DNA of 64,000 nt, from positions 248,001 through 312,000 of the forward strand of contig NIVC01000385.1 of NCBI GenBank assembly GCA_002269645.1. The letters run 5' to 3'. Both the position numbers and the translations under genes were made by a program. The stretch comes from Macrostomum lignano (Eukaryota). The notes beneath the pieces were generated by a model. The model saw only the letters and a list, made by a program, of their open reading frames with translations. It was not told the origin of the DNA and ran no database searches. This document shows positions 52,549 to 64,000 of this stretch, piece after piece (the first letter of the stretch is position 1; every line of letters starts with the position of its first letter).

Positions 52549-54869
52549 TATAAAATCAATTCAATTTGAATAGATGTACACTTTGTTATCAACAGAAAAA
52601 TATAATTCAATCATATTGAAATTTGTAACAATACTTATTAGATTACTGTGGAAAACAAGTGCAAGTGCACCTGAAGATGGCTGTTTAGGTGTCCGCGCAC
52701 CCACCTGCACATCACGCCGCATCTATGCATCACCAACCCTGGAGATTAGGGGTGGGGGTTTGCCCACCCAGCCTGAGCTACATGGGGGTTGGGGTTGACT
52801 GACTAACTAGCGCGTTGGCCTATTTAACCTGATTGTATGCAGACACTTGTAAGAACTTTTTGCTCTCCACAAATACAATTTCAAGTCTGCACGCAGTGGC
52901 TATTGCCTGCTTCATTATAAGGCTTAAATTAATCTTTTTAAGGTAGTTAAAGTTACTACCACCATTTGCCTAGAGCATCTAGTCATATAAAATAATTTGT
53001 TGGATAATATATACTTTTTAAGCAATCATCTGAACTCTAAATCAGTTAGTATAGGTAAATGTGTTGCTTTGTAAAATAGGCTCTAAGAACCTAAAAAGCT
53101 ATTAGACAAAATATCTAAGACAAAATTTATAGATAAAAAGATTATTTACGTGTAATTTAGTTTGATAAAATTAAGAGAACAAATGTAGTTTATACTTTAT
53201 GGTAAATTTTGGTAGTTTTCAACTATAAATGTAGGCATGATAATATGAGATAAAATTGCAACTACCAATATAGTAATTAGTAAAATTGGTATAAGGTATA
53301 AATTACAATAGGCAATAGGTAGTTATAGATATACCTATAGAAAACCACTACTCTTATGGCTAGGAATATAAAAGCTGACTTATACTATATCTAAATTTCT
53401 ACATTATTGCAAAAAGCACAAAAAGCAGCACACAAGCCAAACGAATTTAATAAATTGCTAGCAGTAGGCCTAGTACTAGTAAAAGTGATAATGTACAAAC
53501 TATTCTATTAGTAGGCCCTAATATTATTATTACGAGTAGGCCTAGGCCTATTTGTATTGACTGATTGACTGACTGATTCGCACGGTGGCTCCACAGGCTA
53601 TTAAAAATAAAATACATACATGTAGCATTTACGAAGCATTCTCAGGCCGAGTGGGTTTGATGATTGGAGGTTTGAGGTTTCTTTTAGTAAGTTTTAGCCC
53701 GGTTGGTGGAGACTGAATTAATTTTAGATTTGAATAAAGTAACTTAGTAAATTTGGCTCAAGCAAATAGCCTTTTAGGCCAACGTAAAACTGATCAAAGG
53801 ACCCTATTTAAAAGTTCGGTGCAGTTATTCTTGGAATTTAAATTGGCGCGCTTGAATCCTAATTCACGTTCCAATATCCGACCAGCAGGTAATACCGTCT
53901 GTCGGGGTCCTCTATTAATTGGGGAAGGGTAGATCATCTTAGGCAAGCGTTTTGTGGGCTTGTCGTCCAGATTTCTTCTTGTGTTTTTAGGCAAGGACAA
54001 CAAAAGCAACGTATATACAGGACGGGACACTCACGTTTCATGGAAAAACTTTTGAAGGCCTTTGCATTTTTCAGCACAAAAATTGTTACAACTTTCGATA
54101 GGAGGCAGAAAATGGAATTCAAAATTAACATAGAATCCTAATTTTCTGAACAAAAAGCTTTTTGAATATCGATAAAGCTATAAGAAAGGCACAACAACAT
54201 ATCAAAAGATGAACATTGGCTCTGCCTCCATAGATTCCGAATGTTGCGTCCTTCTACTTTAGTAGTCCTTAAGCTTGGTTTGCATGGTCTTTGCGTGAAA
54301 CTGTCACCATACTGTATTTAACGTGTATAGTCTAACAGGCTAGTATTTCTCAGAGCAACGGAGAGGTTATGAGTAGCTTTCGAATAGTAGTGATGCCTGC
54401 CGGAGGGAAAAAGAGAACTTTCAGACAAACAGATTCCTTAGTTAAATGAAGACGGATATGAAATTAAATATAGTTACTGAGTTTACTTAAATAATACTCA
54501 AAGGGGTAAAATACATTAACATATCCTTGTGTATACATGTACATTTTGCTTATCAGTTGTTATAATACATAAAGCTTTTACAGTTTTTCTGAAAGCGTTA
54601 ATATATAGTAATATTTCGATTGTAATTCTGAAATTTTAATTCGATAGTGATGGAGTCGACTCCAGTCGTTTAAAAAATTTCGAGTATACAATGTAATTAC
54701 AGCAAGGGGAAGTATACATTTAAAAAGCTAAAAGATGAGCTGTTGTAAAATGAGGCTATGCAGAGGGTAATTAAACGTAATGTAGAGGTACGTACGCTCG
54801 TACATGTAAATGATGTAATCTCACAAGACTAAATGTGTACATGTAAATTTGTAAATCTTACTGACACTT

Positions 54870-56270
54870 GCATTTGGCGGCACGGGTTGACAGATCTGCA
54901 CAACAACAACAACAACAAAATACGCGAACCCGCATGCAGTCACAGTTAGGGCAGGGCGCGTCAGATGGCGCGCCGCAGAGCCTGCAGGAGCGAACGAAGT
55001 CCGCTCCGTTGGCAGTGTCGGGCGCTCCAGCATCGCACAGCAGGCAGTCCACGCCGTCAGCGTCCACATCTCGGCGTCGAAGAGCGCAGGACGGTTTCGA
55101 CCACCGCCTGCCACAGCCGAGCCCTCTGGCGGTCAGGCAGCGCTTCGAATTGGACGACGGCCCGGATCGAACGAAAGGCCGCCCAGGCAAGTCCTCTGCG
55201 CCACCGGAGGTCCTCCTCTCCACGTGAGGCACCAGACCGCCGAGGTAGGTGAGCCGCTGGGAGCATGCGAGCTTGGTCGTCTGCCCGTCTGCGCCGCGGC
55301 ACGTCAGGTCCGCTGGGATGTCGGCCGGCACAGTCAGCACCTCGGTCTTCAACGTGTTGACAACCAGACCGACGCTCGATGCCTCTTCGACCAGTCTGTT
55401 GATCTGGCGCTGGGCACCTTCAACGGACGAGGACAGGAGGGCGAGGTCGTCGGCGTAGCCAAGCACGCTCAGGCGGTTATCTGAGCGGCGATCGATGCGT
55501 CTGCTCAGCAGGAAGCCGTTGTCGGCCGAGGGGAGTGCGATTCAAAGCGCTCAGTCCAGTAGCAGCGCAAAGAGGAGCGGCGCTAGCGTGACGCCTTGCA
55601 GAATTCTTGATGAATTGTCAAACAGGTCAGGCAGGCTGTCCGCCGTCACCACAGCAGCTTGAGTATAGCAATACAGCGACATGACAGCGTCGATTAGCTG
55701 CTGCGGAATTCGGTAGACTCGAAGGACGAAGGGAAGCGCGGCTCTCAACACACTGCATGGCTCTTCGATTCGGGGCCAGCTGCAGTGATGGACTGGAGGG
55801 CATCGTCGGCGTCGGCTTGCTGCCGCTCGTCTAAAAGGCTTTCAAACGGGCTGCCGGTTTCTGCGCAGTCGCTTGACGTTGAGTGCGCCTGTCTGATGGT
55901 CGGGTCGCTCTGCCAGACAGGCAGCGATTTCTGCGCCGGCCTCATCAGCAGGACCGTCTGCTCCGCAGCGGCTCTAACGGCGCTGTTGATGTCGGAATAC
56001 TCCGCCTCGCGCTGGGCTCCAAGCGCGCCAACGAAGACACCCGCGAATTGACGCTTCACGCGGGTGTCCGACAGAGCGCGATAATAGCGCCGTGGCTGCT
56101 GCTTTGGTGGTCGGTAGAGCTGGTCGCTCGGAGCCGAAAGTCGCAGGGCAGGTCTGACCGGAGGGTCAGAGGAGCAATGGTGACGCAGTTGGTGACGCGG
56201 CGGCGCCAGTCTCCTCATGGCCTTCCGCCCGAGTGCGTTCCGCCGCCTTCTCTGCAGCCTGCAAAGGTGA
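54870..56270 (-). mobile_element. Degenerate non-LTR retrotransposon (RTE-like) relic with an internally deleted RT
   Basis: GYADDLALLS (YADD motif), GLVVNTLKTEV, LTYLGG and RILQGVTLAPLLFALLLD (QG..L.P.LF) are spread over several frames. (TTG)n tail at about 54899-54918. Confidence 0.85.
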
Positions 56271-58357
56271 CCAACATTTACAGTCAGACAGTCAGACAGT
56301 CATTCAGTCAGCTGTAACATTAGGTGTAGAGGGTCGGGCCACTTGTACAACCAGCAATCGTCGACGTCCCAGCATCAGCGACCGTCGGGTTTACCTGGCG
56401 CTTATAAGTAAGCCTTTCAAGCGCTGCAGTGGCCATCGAAATGATGGGCCTGGAGCTGACGACGTCGTGGCGGTTATTTTGTTACGGCGCGGTTGCGAGA
56501 CTCGTATAGATGTGCAACATCGTATAGAAGGCAAATAATGGTGCCGGTGTGGATGTGGGGAGCGTCGGTTGATGCGGAAGTATTGGCGAGCGGAATTGAA
56601 GGGAATAGCGGCGCAGCGGGTAAGAACTGGTGGGAGTTGGGCGGGCGGCGTTTCCCTACAGCAATTCGACGTATAACGACAATACGAGGATGACATTCGT
56701 AAAAGATCGAGAAGGCGAGGTCACGAAGCTATAGTAAAACCTACACAGCTACCTAGTCACAATTTATCTGTTTCTGTAAACTTGTTGTTTTCCAGCCGTA
56801 CCCAACTAATGATTCTCAGTACGATCTAGACTAAGACAACAACCGATTGCAGTGTACTTAAGGAAAAATTTTGACCGTGATTATTGAATATTTTTACTGA
56901 TATATGTCTCAATTAGCATGGCTGCTATGGCATACTGAAGTACATCACATGTGGCTATTAAGCAAATGGGAAAATTAAGAAATTCTACTGTAAAAATAAT
57001 AGCTAGCTATAGTACTCGTACAATTCTGCAAAATAGAGGCTCTCGTATAAAACAGCATTGGGAGAGAGTTGCTAAAAGCTGACGACTAATGGCAAAGCTT
57101 TTAGTATACGCGCTACATGTAAAACTCCAATCGCATTCAGATGAAGCAAATTTCCGGAAGAAAAACTTTCTTCCCTAGCTTTGCAACAATTGTGTTAAAA
57201 GCAAAGACTAAATTTTCCATCCCCTGCATGCAGTATCACATGCAGAGTCGAGTTGATCCTGCAATGCGACACCGCTGCATGAATGCTGAGAATTAATTAA
57301 TAAGCCTAAAATTATGCCTCTCAGTGTGTGTAAAACGCATATGCGTTCCTTTCAGGTGCCCCCGTTACCTTTTTTATACAACGCTAATGCGATCCGTCTG
57401 CTAAAGCGGATGCCATTTCTAAAGCCATAAAAGCGCGATCGAGTCGGTGTTAGCTAGGGAGATCAATAGCTATAAGAAACGGCCTACAACGCCGCTAATG
57501 TTTTTATAGCTACGTTTACAAATTCAATCTTATAAGGTATTGAACCACTTGCTGAAGTGTAACAAAACCTACTTGGCTTAAAAAAGCAAAAAAATACATG
57601 CGTATTTTTGGATAGATTAACTAAATTTTAAAACTTTTCAAAACAGACTTTCCGATGCATTTTATAAATTTAAAAAAACAAGCGATTATAATTGTACAAG
57701 CGTAGACCGTACCTGTGATAACCGTTGCGTTGCGGCGTAACATTCGCGTTTTGTATTTTTTCACGGATGTTATGGAAATATGTGCACAGAAAATAGAAAA
57801 CAAATTCAAATTAGTAGTATTTCATTAATAATTATTAATTAACAAGAAGTTTTAATATTCTCATTTGAATTAATCAGTGCACAGTAATCATAATATGTCA
57901 ATCAATTCAATCAATCATCTCAGTCTATTGGGCTTTTCTACGCGGCCTGCAACCCTCGCACGTACATGTACAACATTTTTAATGGTTCCTTATTAAATTG
58001 CGACATTGCGACAACATATATAAAATGAAAAAAAGAATTGTATATAACAATGGACTGCTAAAAATACAAACAATATTAAGAAAATTTAGAGTTTTTACAC
58101 ACAAATTTAAGTGAAAATGGATTTAATATATACGAGTAAACCGGGGGTAATTATATTCAATTGTTAACAATTTTAGGATTTTATCCATTTTTAATAACTC
58201 GTTATTCTATAATTTAACCAATTACCCCCATTTTGGTTCTTGGTTCTTGATAAAAGCATTTTTCTACATTAGCATCAATAAAAATAGGCCTACATACAAA
58301 TTCATTTGTTCGGAAAGTGGTGCAGATATCTTTGTTTGGATTTCAAACAAGGTACCT

Positions 58358-58734
58358 CCCTAGAAGACATTGACTTGTTGATTCTTAGCAGATCTTATCA
58401 TCTTCTTGGGTTGCTGCGCAAGTACTTGCAAGAACGTGCAAGATCTTTGCTATAGGTAAACATACCAGATCTGGGCGACTTGCTACATCGTACAAGATAT
58501 TATCTTTTATATCTTTTTATAGCTTCGAATCGCATTTTTCTGAAATTTATTGTCCCATTTTGTCATAAAATAAAATATAGTTCAGCTAGAACACTTTAGC
58601 CAAATGAATAACAAAACAAATGTACCTCCCATCTTAGAAGATTCTGCAAGAACCGCGAGCAGATTGAGAAGATCTGCTAAGAATGGCACAGAGACAAGAT
58701 CTGCTAAGTTTGAGAAACAGAATGTCCTCTAGGG
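58358..58734. mobile_element. CCC...GGG-ended MITE (CMC/EnSpm-like)
   Basis: ccctagaagacatt / aatgtcctctaggg is a 13/14 inverted repeat; ct on both flanks (2-bp TSD candidate); subterminal cttagcagatctt / aagatctgctaag. Confidence 0.65.
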
Positions 58735-58890
58735 CTGTTTCACTGTAGCCGGTAACTAAAATAGAAATACTCGAAATAAATGTTACTCATCAACTACAGA
58801 GTCAAAAGACTAAACAAAAACGAGATTAAAATTTAAAATTACGAGTTCACAAGAATAATGCAGCTTGTGCGAACCAAGCTTATCACTCAT

Positions 58891-61158
58891 CTAATGCCCG
58901 CAGCCCTCGACGCTGACGAGGGTCACGGAGGCCCAGCCGTCCGTGCTGTTCACAGACGCCGAGGCAACGCAGCCGACTCCGCCGCAGAAGCTCCCGCCGC
59001 CGCCGCCGGCCCACAGCTTTGACAGACCGGCGCCGCCTCCGCTGTAGCCGCCGCCGCCGCCTGAGGCGCCGCCAGTGGAGGACAGCAATGTGGCCAATAT
59101 ACCTCCAGAACCGCCGCCTCCTCCTCCGCCGCCGAAGCCACCGGCGCCTCCAGCCCGACCACCGATGCCGGCGCTACTTCCGCCGGCTCCGCCGATCCAT
59201 CCCTCCGACAAGCCACCGCCGTGACGTCCGTGACTGCCGCTGCCAGATGCGCTGACCGACTTGCCAAGCCATCCAGCGCCGCAGCCGCCGTTGTAGCTTT
59301 TCGAACCAGCGTCATGAGTGCCGCCATTTCCGCCCGTGCCTCCGCTGCCGCCTCCGCTACTGGCGTCTGAGTGCTTCACTGCGTTGGTGCCGCTTTGGCT
59401 ACTCGGCTGGCCAGACGATCCTATAGAGAATGGTTTCCAACCAGTAAAAGTAATGCTATTAATGTATGCTGTAAGTAGAACGTCGATTAATAAAATTTGA
59501 CCACGTTTATGATTACTGTTCGCTTTTCTTGAAAATTATTTAGGAAAATCGTTGTGAATTGAACAAAAAACTCAAAGACTCAAGCGATTTTGCGAAGAGC
59601 GTCGGGAAACTAGGGACAGAAAGCATCAAGTTGCAGCCTTAGCGCGTGCACCACATTGGCCCTTGTGAGTGCAAATCGCTAATTATCGTGCAGGAACCAG
59701 AAATTAATGTTTCGCAGGCGGAATCGAATGCAGGGTCCTGAGACGCGAGAGTCGGATGGGATTACCGACCGCTAAGCTTACATGTATTACTCGTTGACCT
59801 TGGACTGTCCCCGTTAATGATTTACTTGTATGTGGCTTATATCCTTTGTCAAGATTGTACAGCAGCATCACGGGGCACACCAAACACAGCTTGGGAATTG
59901 AAAATCGAGGTGGCTCGCTCTCACTAAAAGAAGTGAAAGTTTAGTGATTACTTGGTTTGTTAATTTTTTCGTCGCATTTGAACACGGAGTGATTTGGTTG
60001 CTCAATCGATGGTGGCGTAATTATTTAGTATAGGAGTCTCTTTATATTCACAATCGGTACAGAGGAACCACATGGAACTGCAAAAGAAATATTTCAACGA
60101 TCGCTCACCGTCGACTCCGGCAGTGGCGCCGCCGCCGCCACCGGCTGCCAGGTACAGCGTGCCGCCGCCGCTCGAGTACACGAAGGAGCCCCCGCCGCCG
60201 CCGGCGCCGCTGAAGTCCCGGCCGTTGCCGCCCGATCCACCGGCCACGACGCTCAAAGCCGCGTTGGCCGCCAGGTGGAACGTGCCGGACAGCTGGACGC
60301 CGCTGCCACCGACTGACGGCGAGAACTCCGACGGCGGGGACGAGACTGAGCCGCCTGAGCCGCTCTGAGCAGCGATGGCGTAGCAGCCGGTCAGCGGGAC
60401 GGAGAAGCTGCTGACGGAACCGGCTGCAGAGGTTGAATGCGGCCTTTGAATATTCTGAACACTGCATGTGAGCTAAACATGAAACTGCGCACACTTTATG
60501 CTTAAGGGGTTGTGTCCTAGAGGTTGGAGCATTGGACTCAAAGACCGAAGGGTCGTGGGTTTGATTCTTGACCCACTGGGAGCAATTTGTGTCCTTGAGC
60601 AAGTCACATGACTCTGCATTGCTTTAATTCACCCAGCTGTAAAATTGGTGCCAGCATTAGCTGGGGTAATTGAGAATAGAAACAGTTGGCGTTTTTTTCA
60701 CTTTTTAGTACATTTGGACAGTCGCAGCAACTTTCACCCTCCTCAACCGTGAGTGCTCAGCGAAATGACTCACCTGCAATTGAGCGACTGAAGCTGCGAA
60801 CGCTGGCTGGCAGCCGCTTGAGGAAGTCGGAGGCCAGGAACACCCGGTGCCCCGCTCCAGCCGTGAAGTTCCACACAGCGCCGCACCCGTTCGGCTCCGA
60901 TGACGGCCACAGCTGCACCGCAAAACAGACGCCGCCCTGCAGCACCGCGCCAGATGCGTTCCGGCGGCCGGACTTCATGAGGCAGCTCTGCAGGCTCTCC
61001 GACTCGCCCAACACCGACACGCAGTGGCTCAGAGTGTCATTGAGCAGCAGCTCATCTGCTGGCTTGTACTGCACACTGACCGGCGTTGAGGGACAGGCCG
61101 CTTGCGACCAGACAGGACTCAGACTGAGCAGCTGCACGAGCACTGGAATGCATTTCAT
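58891..61158 (-). CDS. Secreted glycine-rich protein with an ALK/LTK-type Gly-rich domain, no kinase or TM; 3 exons, about 409 aa
   Basis: Minus-strand exons 61158-60774, 60423-60109 and 59420-58891; both introns phase 1 GT-AG. Signal-like MKCIPVLVQLLSLSPVWSQA. FSVPLTGCYAIAAQSGSGG, GTFHLAANAALSVVAGG, GGGGGSFV, LYLAAGGGGG and GGGGGSF fit the Gly-rich domain pattern. Confidence 0.8.
60505..60670 (+). mobile_element. SINE family B (CORE-like), copy 3, 3'-truncated, in intron 1 of the Gly-rich gene
   Basis: gggtttgattcttgacccactgggagcaatttgtgtccttgagcaagtcacatgactctgcattgc...cacccagctgtaaaa is shared with copies 1 and 2. Confidence 0.78.
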
Positions 61159-62140
61159 AGCGTGACTGAACTCACACTGAGCACTAGTGAGTGAGCACTG
61201 GAATGCATTTCATATCGTGACTGAACTCAGACTGAGCACTAGTGAGTGAGCACTGGAATGCATTTCATATCGTGACTGAACTCACACTGAGCACTAGTGA
61301 GTGAGCACTGCAATGCATTTCATATCGTGACTGAACTCAGACTGAGCACTAGTGAGTGAGCACTGGAATGCATTTCATATCGTGACTGAACTCACACTGA
61401 GCACTAGTGAGTGAGCACTGGAATGCATTTCATATCGTGACTGAACTCAGACTAAGCACTAGTGAGTGAGCACTGGAATGCATTTCATATCGTGACTGAA
61501 CTCAGACTGAGCACTAGTGAGTGAGCACTGCAATGCATTTCATAGCATGACTGAACTCAGACTGAGCACTAGTGAGTGAGCACTGGAATGAATTTCATCG
61601 CGTGACTGAACTCACACTGAGCACTAGTGAGTGAGCACTGCAGAATGCATTTCATAGTTTGACTGAACTCAGACTGAGCACTAGTGAGTGAGCACTGTAA
61701 TGCATTTCATAGTGTGACTGAACTCACACTGAGCACTTGTGAGTGAGCACTGGAATGCATTTCATAGTGTGACTGAACTCACACTGAGCACTTGTGAGTG
61801 AGCACTGTAATGCATTTCATAGTGTGACTGAACTCACACTGAGCACTAGTGAGTGAGCACTGAAATGCATTTCATAGCGTGACTGAACTCACACTGAGCA
61901 CTAGTGAGTGAGCACTGGAATGCATTTCATAGTGTGACTAGACTCACACTGAGCACTAGTGAGTGAGCACTGGAATGCATTTCATAGTGTGACTGAACTC
62001 ACACTGAGCACTTGTGAGTGAGCACTGGAATGCATTTCATAGTGTGACTGAACTCACACTGAGCACTTGTGAGTGAGCACTGTAATGCATTTCATAGTGT
62101 GACTGAACTCACACTGAGCACTAGTGAGTGAGCACTGGAA
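61115..62140. repeat. 55-bp minisatellite, about 18 units, overlapping the start codon of the Gly-rich gene
   Basis: cactggaatgcatttcat recurs with a 55-bp period (61141, 61196 ...). Confidence 0.97.
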
Positions 62141-62809
62141 ACAGTGTAATGCATTTTACAATACATTAGACTAAATGAAGAAATGAAAAGAAGCTATCAC
62201 TTACGCAGAAAATAAATTTCAAAAGAAGTCTTAGAAACCATGCTCTGATTAGGTATGCTGTTTTGCTCCAGAAAAAGCAGGTGAGTTTGAATGACTTCTA
62301 AGCCACCCTGCTGCTGCTACATGTATTTGAGGAGCTAAACTTCAGCATTCAGAAAAGAGTAACTTTCTGAATGTGATTCGACGATGTGGATCAATAATTT
62401 TTCTTTCGAACAGCCAACCAATCACATCTGTTTTGCTGACTTTGACTCGAACGTGTAAATTTGTATTGGATTTGAGTCAACAGCCAATAAAGTGAACCAC
62501 AAAAGATAACCTTATCAAACATCCGACAGGTTGTGCTTGGTTGTGTACACAGTCGGAACATCTGACACAGTAGTGACTTAAATGTATCGTTTACCTTTCC
62601 GTCTTAATCACCAGCGCTTGAATTTTTTTTGATTTCGCAAATTCTTTAATGTCAACATTTGCTGAGTTCTGTGAGAAATGAGGCAGTGATCTTAATAAAC
62701 ACCACAGCACGTTATTTTAAAAGTGCCTTGTCTTGGCATAAAAGAAACCAAAATACTGAACTGCTACTTACAGTAATGTTGTGCAATCGTGCCCTTTTTC
62801 GCTCTCTCT

Positions 62810-63170
62810 CTCTCTGTGGGCTGTACACTGGATGGTTAAGAAGCCGAAAACCGGGTTCTTCCACTTTGGCTTCAGTGCGAGCAGCAGCATGAGCACGGGC
62901 ATTGTCCCAGAGGATGAAGGGCCTCTGGCGCATGATGCGCCGCTTGCTCAGAACGGCATCGCACAGGCGATGAAGCTGACTAATGATGTAATCAGCGTTA
63001 ATCGTCTGACCTTGAGGCAGGTAGTTCACCATCAAACCAAACAGTGCACATGATATTCTGCGTCCATGCCGACTTCATCGCCTTTTGGTGTGGATGGCAT
63101 CCCTTTGGACCTCAATGCATGGACTGCTGCTTGATCAAAGGTTAAACATTGGCAGTGGCGTCAAATTCCT
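62810..63170 (-). mobile_element. Mariner transposase catalytic-domain fragment (frameshifted)
   Basis: YLPQGQTINADY, ILWDNARAH (HDNARPH-like) and NHPVYSP (HPPYSPD-like). Upstream frames give KQQSMH and IMCTVWFD (VMxTVFWD-like). Confidence 0.85.
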
Positions 63171-63514
63171 TTAACTTACTGTCGCCGAGCTCATTCCACA
63201 ATCTGTGAGTACTCTTCGTGTTGCAGAGTGCGACACACGGATGAGTTGTGGATGCCACAAGCACTTGCCATTTCACGCACACTTGCAGACGGATTCTTCA
63301 TTAAATAATCCAGAACAGAAGTCCAGTCATCAGAACCAAGGGCCACTAGCATATATAAGAGGACGTAAAACTCACGATTCGTGGAAAAATGGTTGAAGGC
63401 CGATTTTCGACGAAAAATGCTTTAGCGAGATGGGAATTTTATACTTTTTAACTTAAAAAGTTAAGTAACACCTTGACCATACTATATCGTTGCAAGACAT
63501 CAAAATATTTGTTT

Positions 63515-64000
63515 CCATTGAACAGCATGACGGTGCCCGATAGGTACCCACTTCCGCATATCCAGAATTTTCACCACCAACTTCGTGGCAGCAGCGTGTT
63601 CAGCAGATTGGACTTGGTCAAGGCCTACCATTTCATACTAGTTGCCGAGGAGGATATTTCCAAAACAGCAACCTGCACGCCATTCGGCTCTTTTGAATAC
63701 GTCCGGATGCCATTCGGGTTGCGCAACACCGGCAGCACATTTCAACGCTTCATCGATTCGCTGTTTCGAGAGCTGACCTGTGTCATCACATACGTTGACG
63801 ATATACTGATTCACAGCAAGTCAGAGGCAGACCATCACAACGACATTCAGATCGTGCTGCAACGCCTACACAAAGAGGGGCTCCAAGTTCAACCCGCAAA
63901 ATACCAATTCTTTCAGAGTAGCATCGAATTTCTCGGTCATTTAGTCTCCAAAGACGGAGTACAGCCACTACCATCCCGCGTGGAAGCGCTGTGACAGCTG
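63515..64000 (+). mobile_element. Ty3/gypsy reverse transcriptase fragment, 5'-truncated, with a stop at 63992-63994
   Basis: LNSMTVPDRYPLP, FSRLDLVKAYH, KTATCTPFGSFEYVRMPFGLRN, YVDDILI and IEFLGH. Confidence 0.93.

Noticed and set aside
60072-60368. Pro-rich 98-aa ORF on the + strand
   Set aside because: Antisense shadow of the Gly-rich exon on the - strand.

Overview
This is eukaryotic (metazoan) genomic DNA, not prokaryotic. It has GC-rich exons, AT-rich spacers, and introns or intergenic regions filled with unrelated micro- and minisatellites. This style resembles the flatworm Macrostomum lignano, but that is an inference I cannot verify. By reading splice sites by hand and recognising protein families from memory, I reconstruct 12 genes. 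In order: the 3' part of a CCDC63/ODAD1-like gene; a + strand run CUSTOS-PIBF1-BORCS7-AK6-VPS72; a converging - strand run RPL38-UTP11-TMEM192; an RPIA copy that looks broken; a GT61 (EOGT-like) glycosyltransferase; and a secreted ALK/LTK-type glycine-rich protein. Mobile DNA includes two SINE families, two mariner relics, several MITE/foldback elements with visible TIRs and some TSDs, an RTE-like LINE relic and a Ty3/gypsy RT fragment. The main leads are: (1) two operon-like housekeeping clusters with a 3' splice acceptor just upstream of almost every ATG and spacers of about 50-480 nt once minisatellites are removed (one exception), suggesting SL trans-spliced polycistrons; (2) an RPIA exon interrupted by a SINE, plus two substitutions in conserved motifs; (3) a 55-bp array that is a tandem amplification of a gene's own acceptor plus start codon; (4) a likely GC-AG intron and a 1-nt frameshift in PIBF1. 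Most long ORFs in the supplied track are repeat-derived artefacts. No database searches were run.
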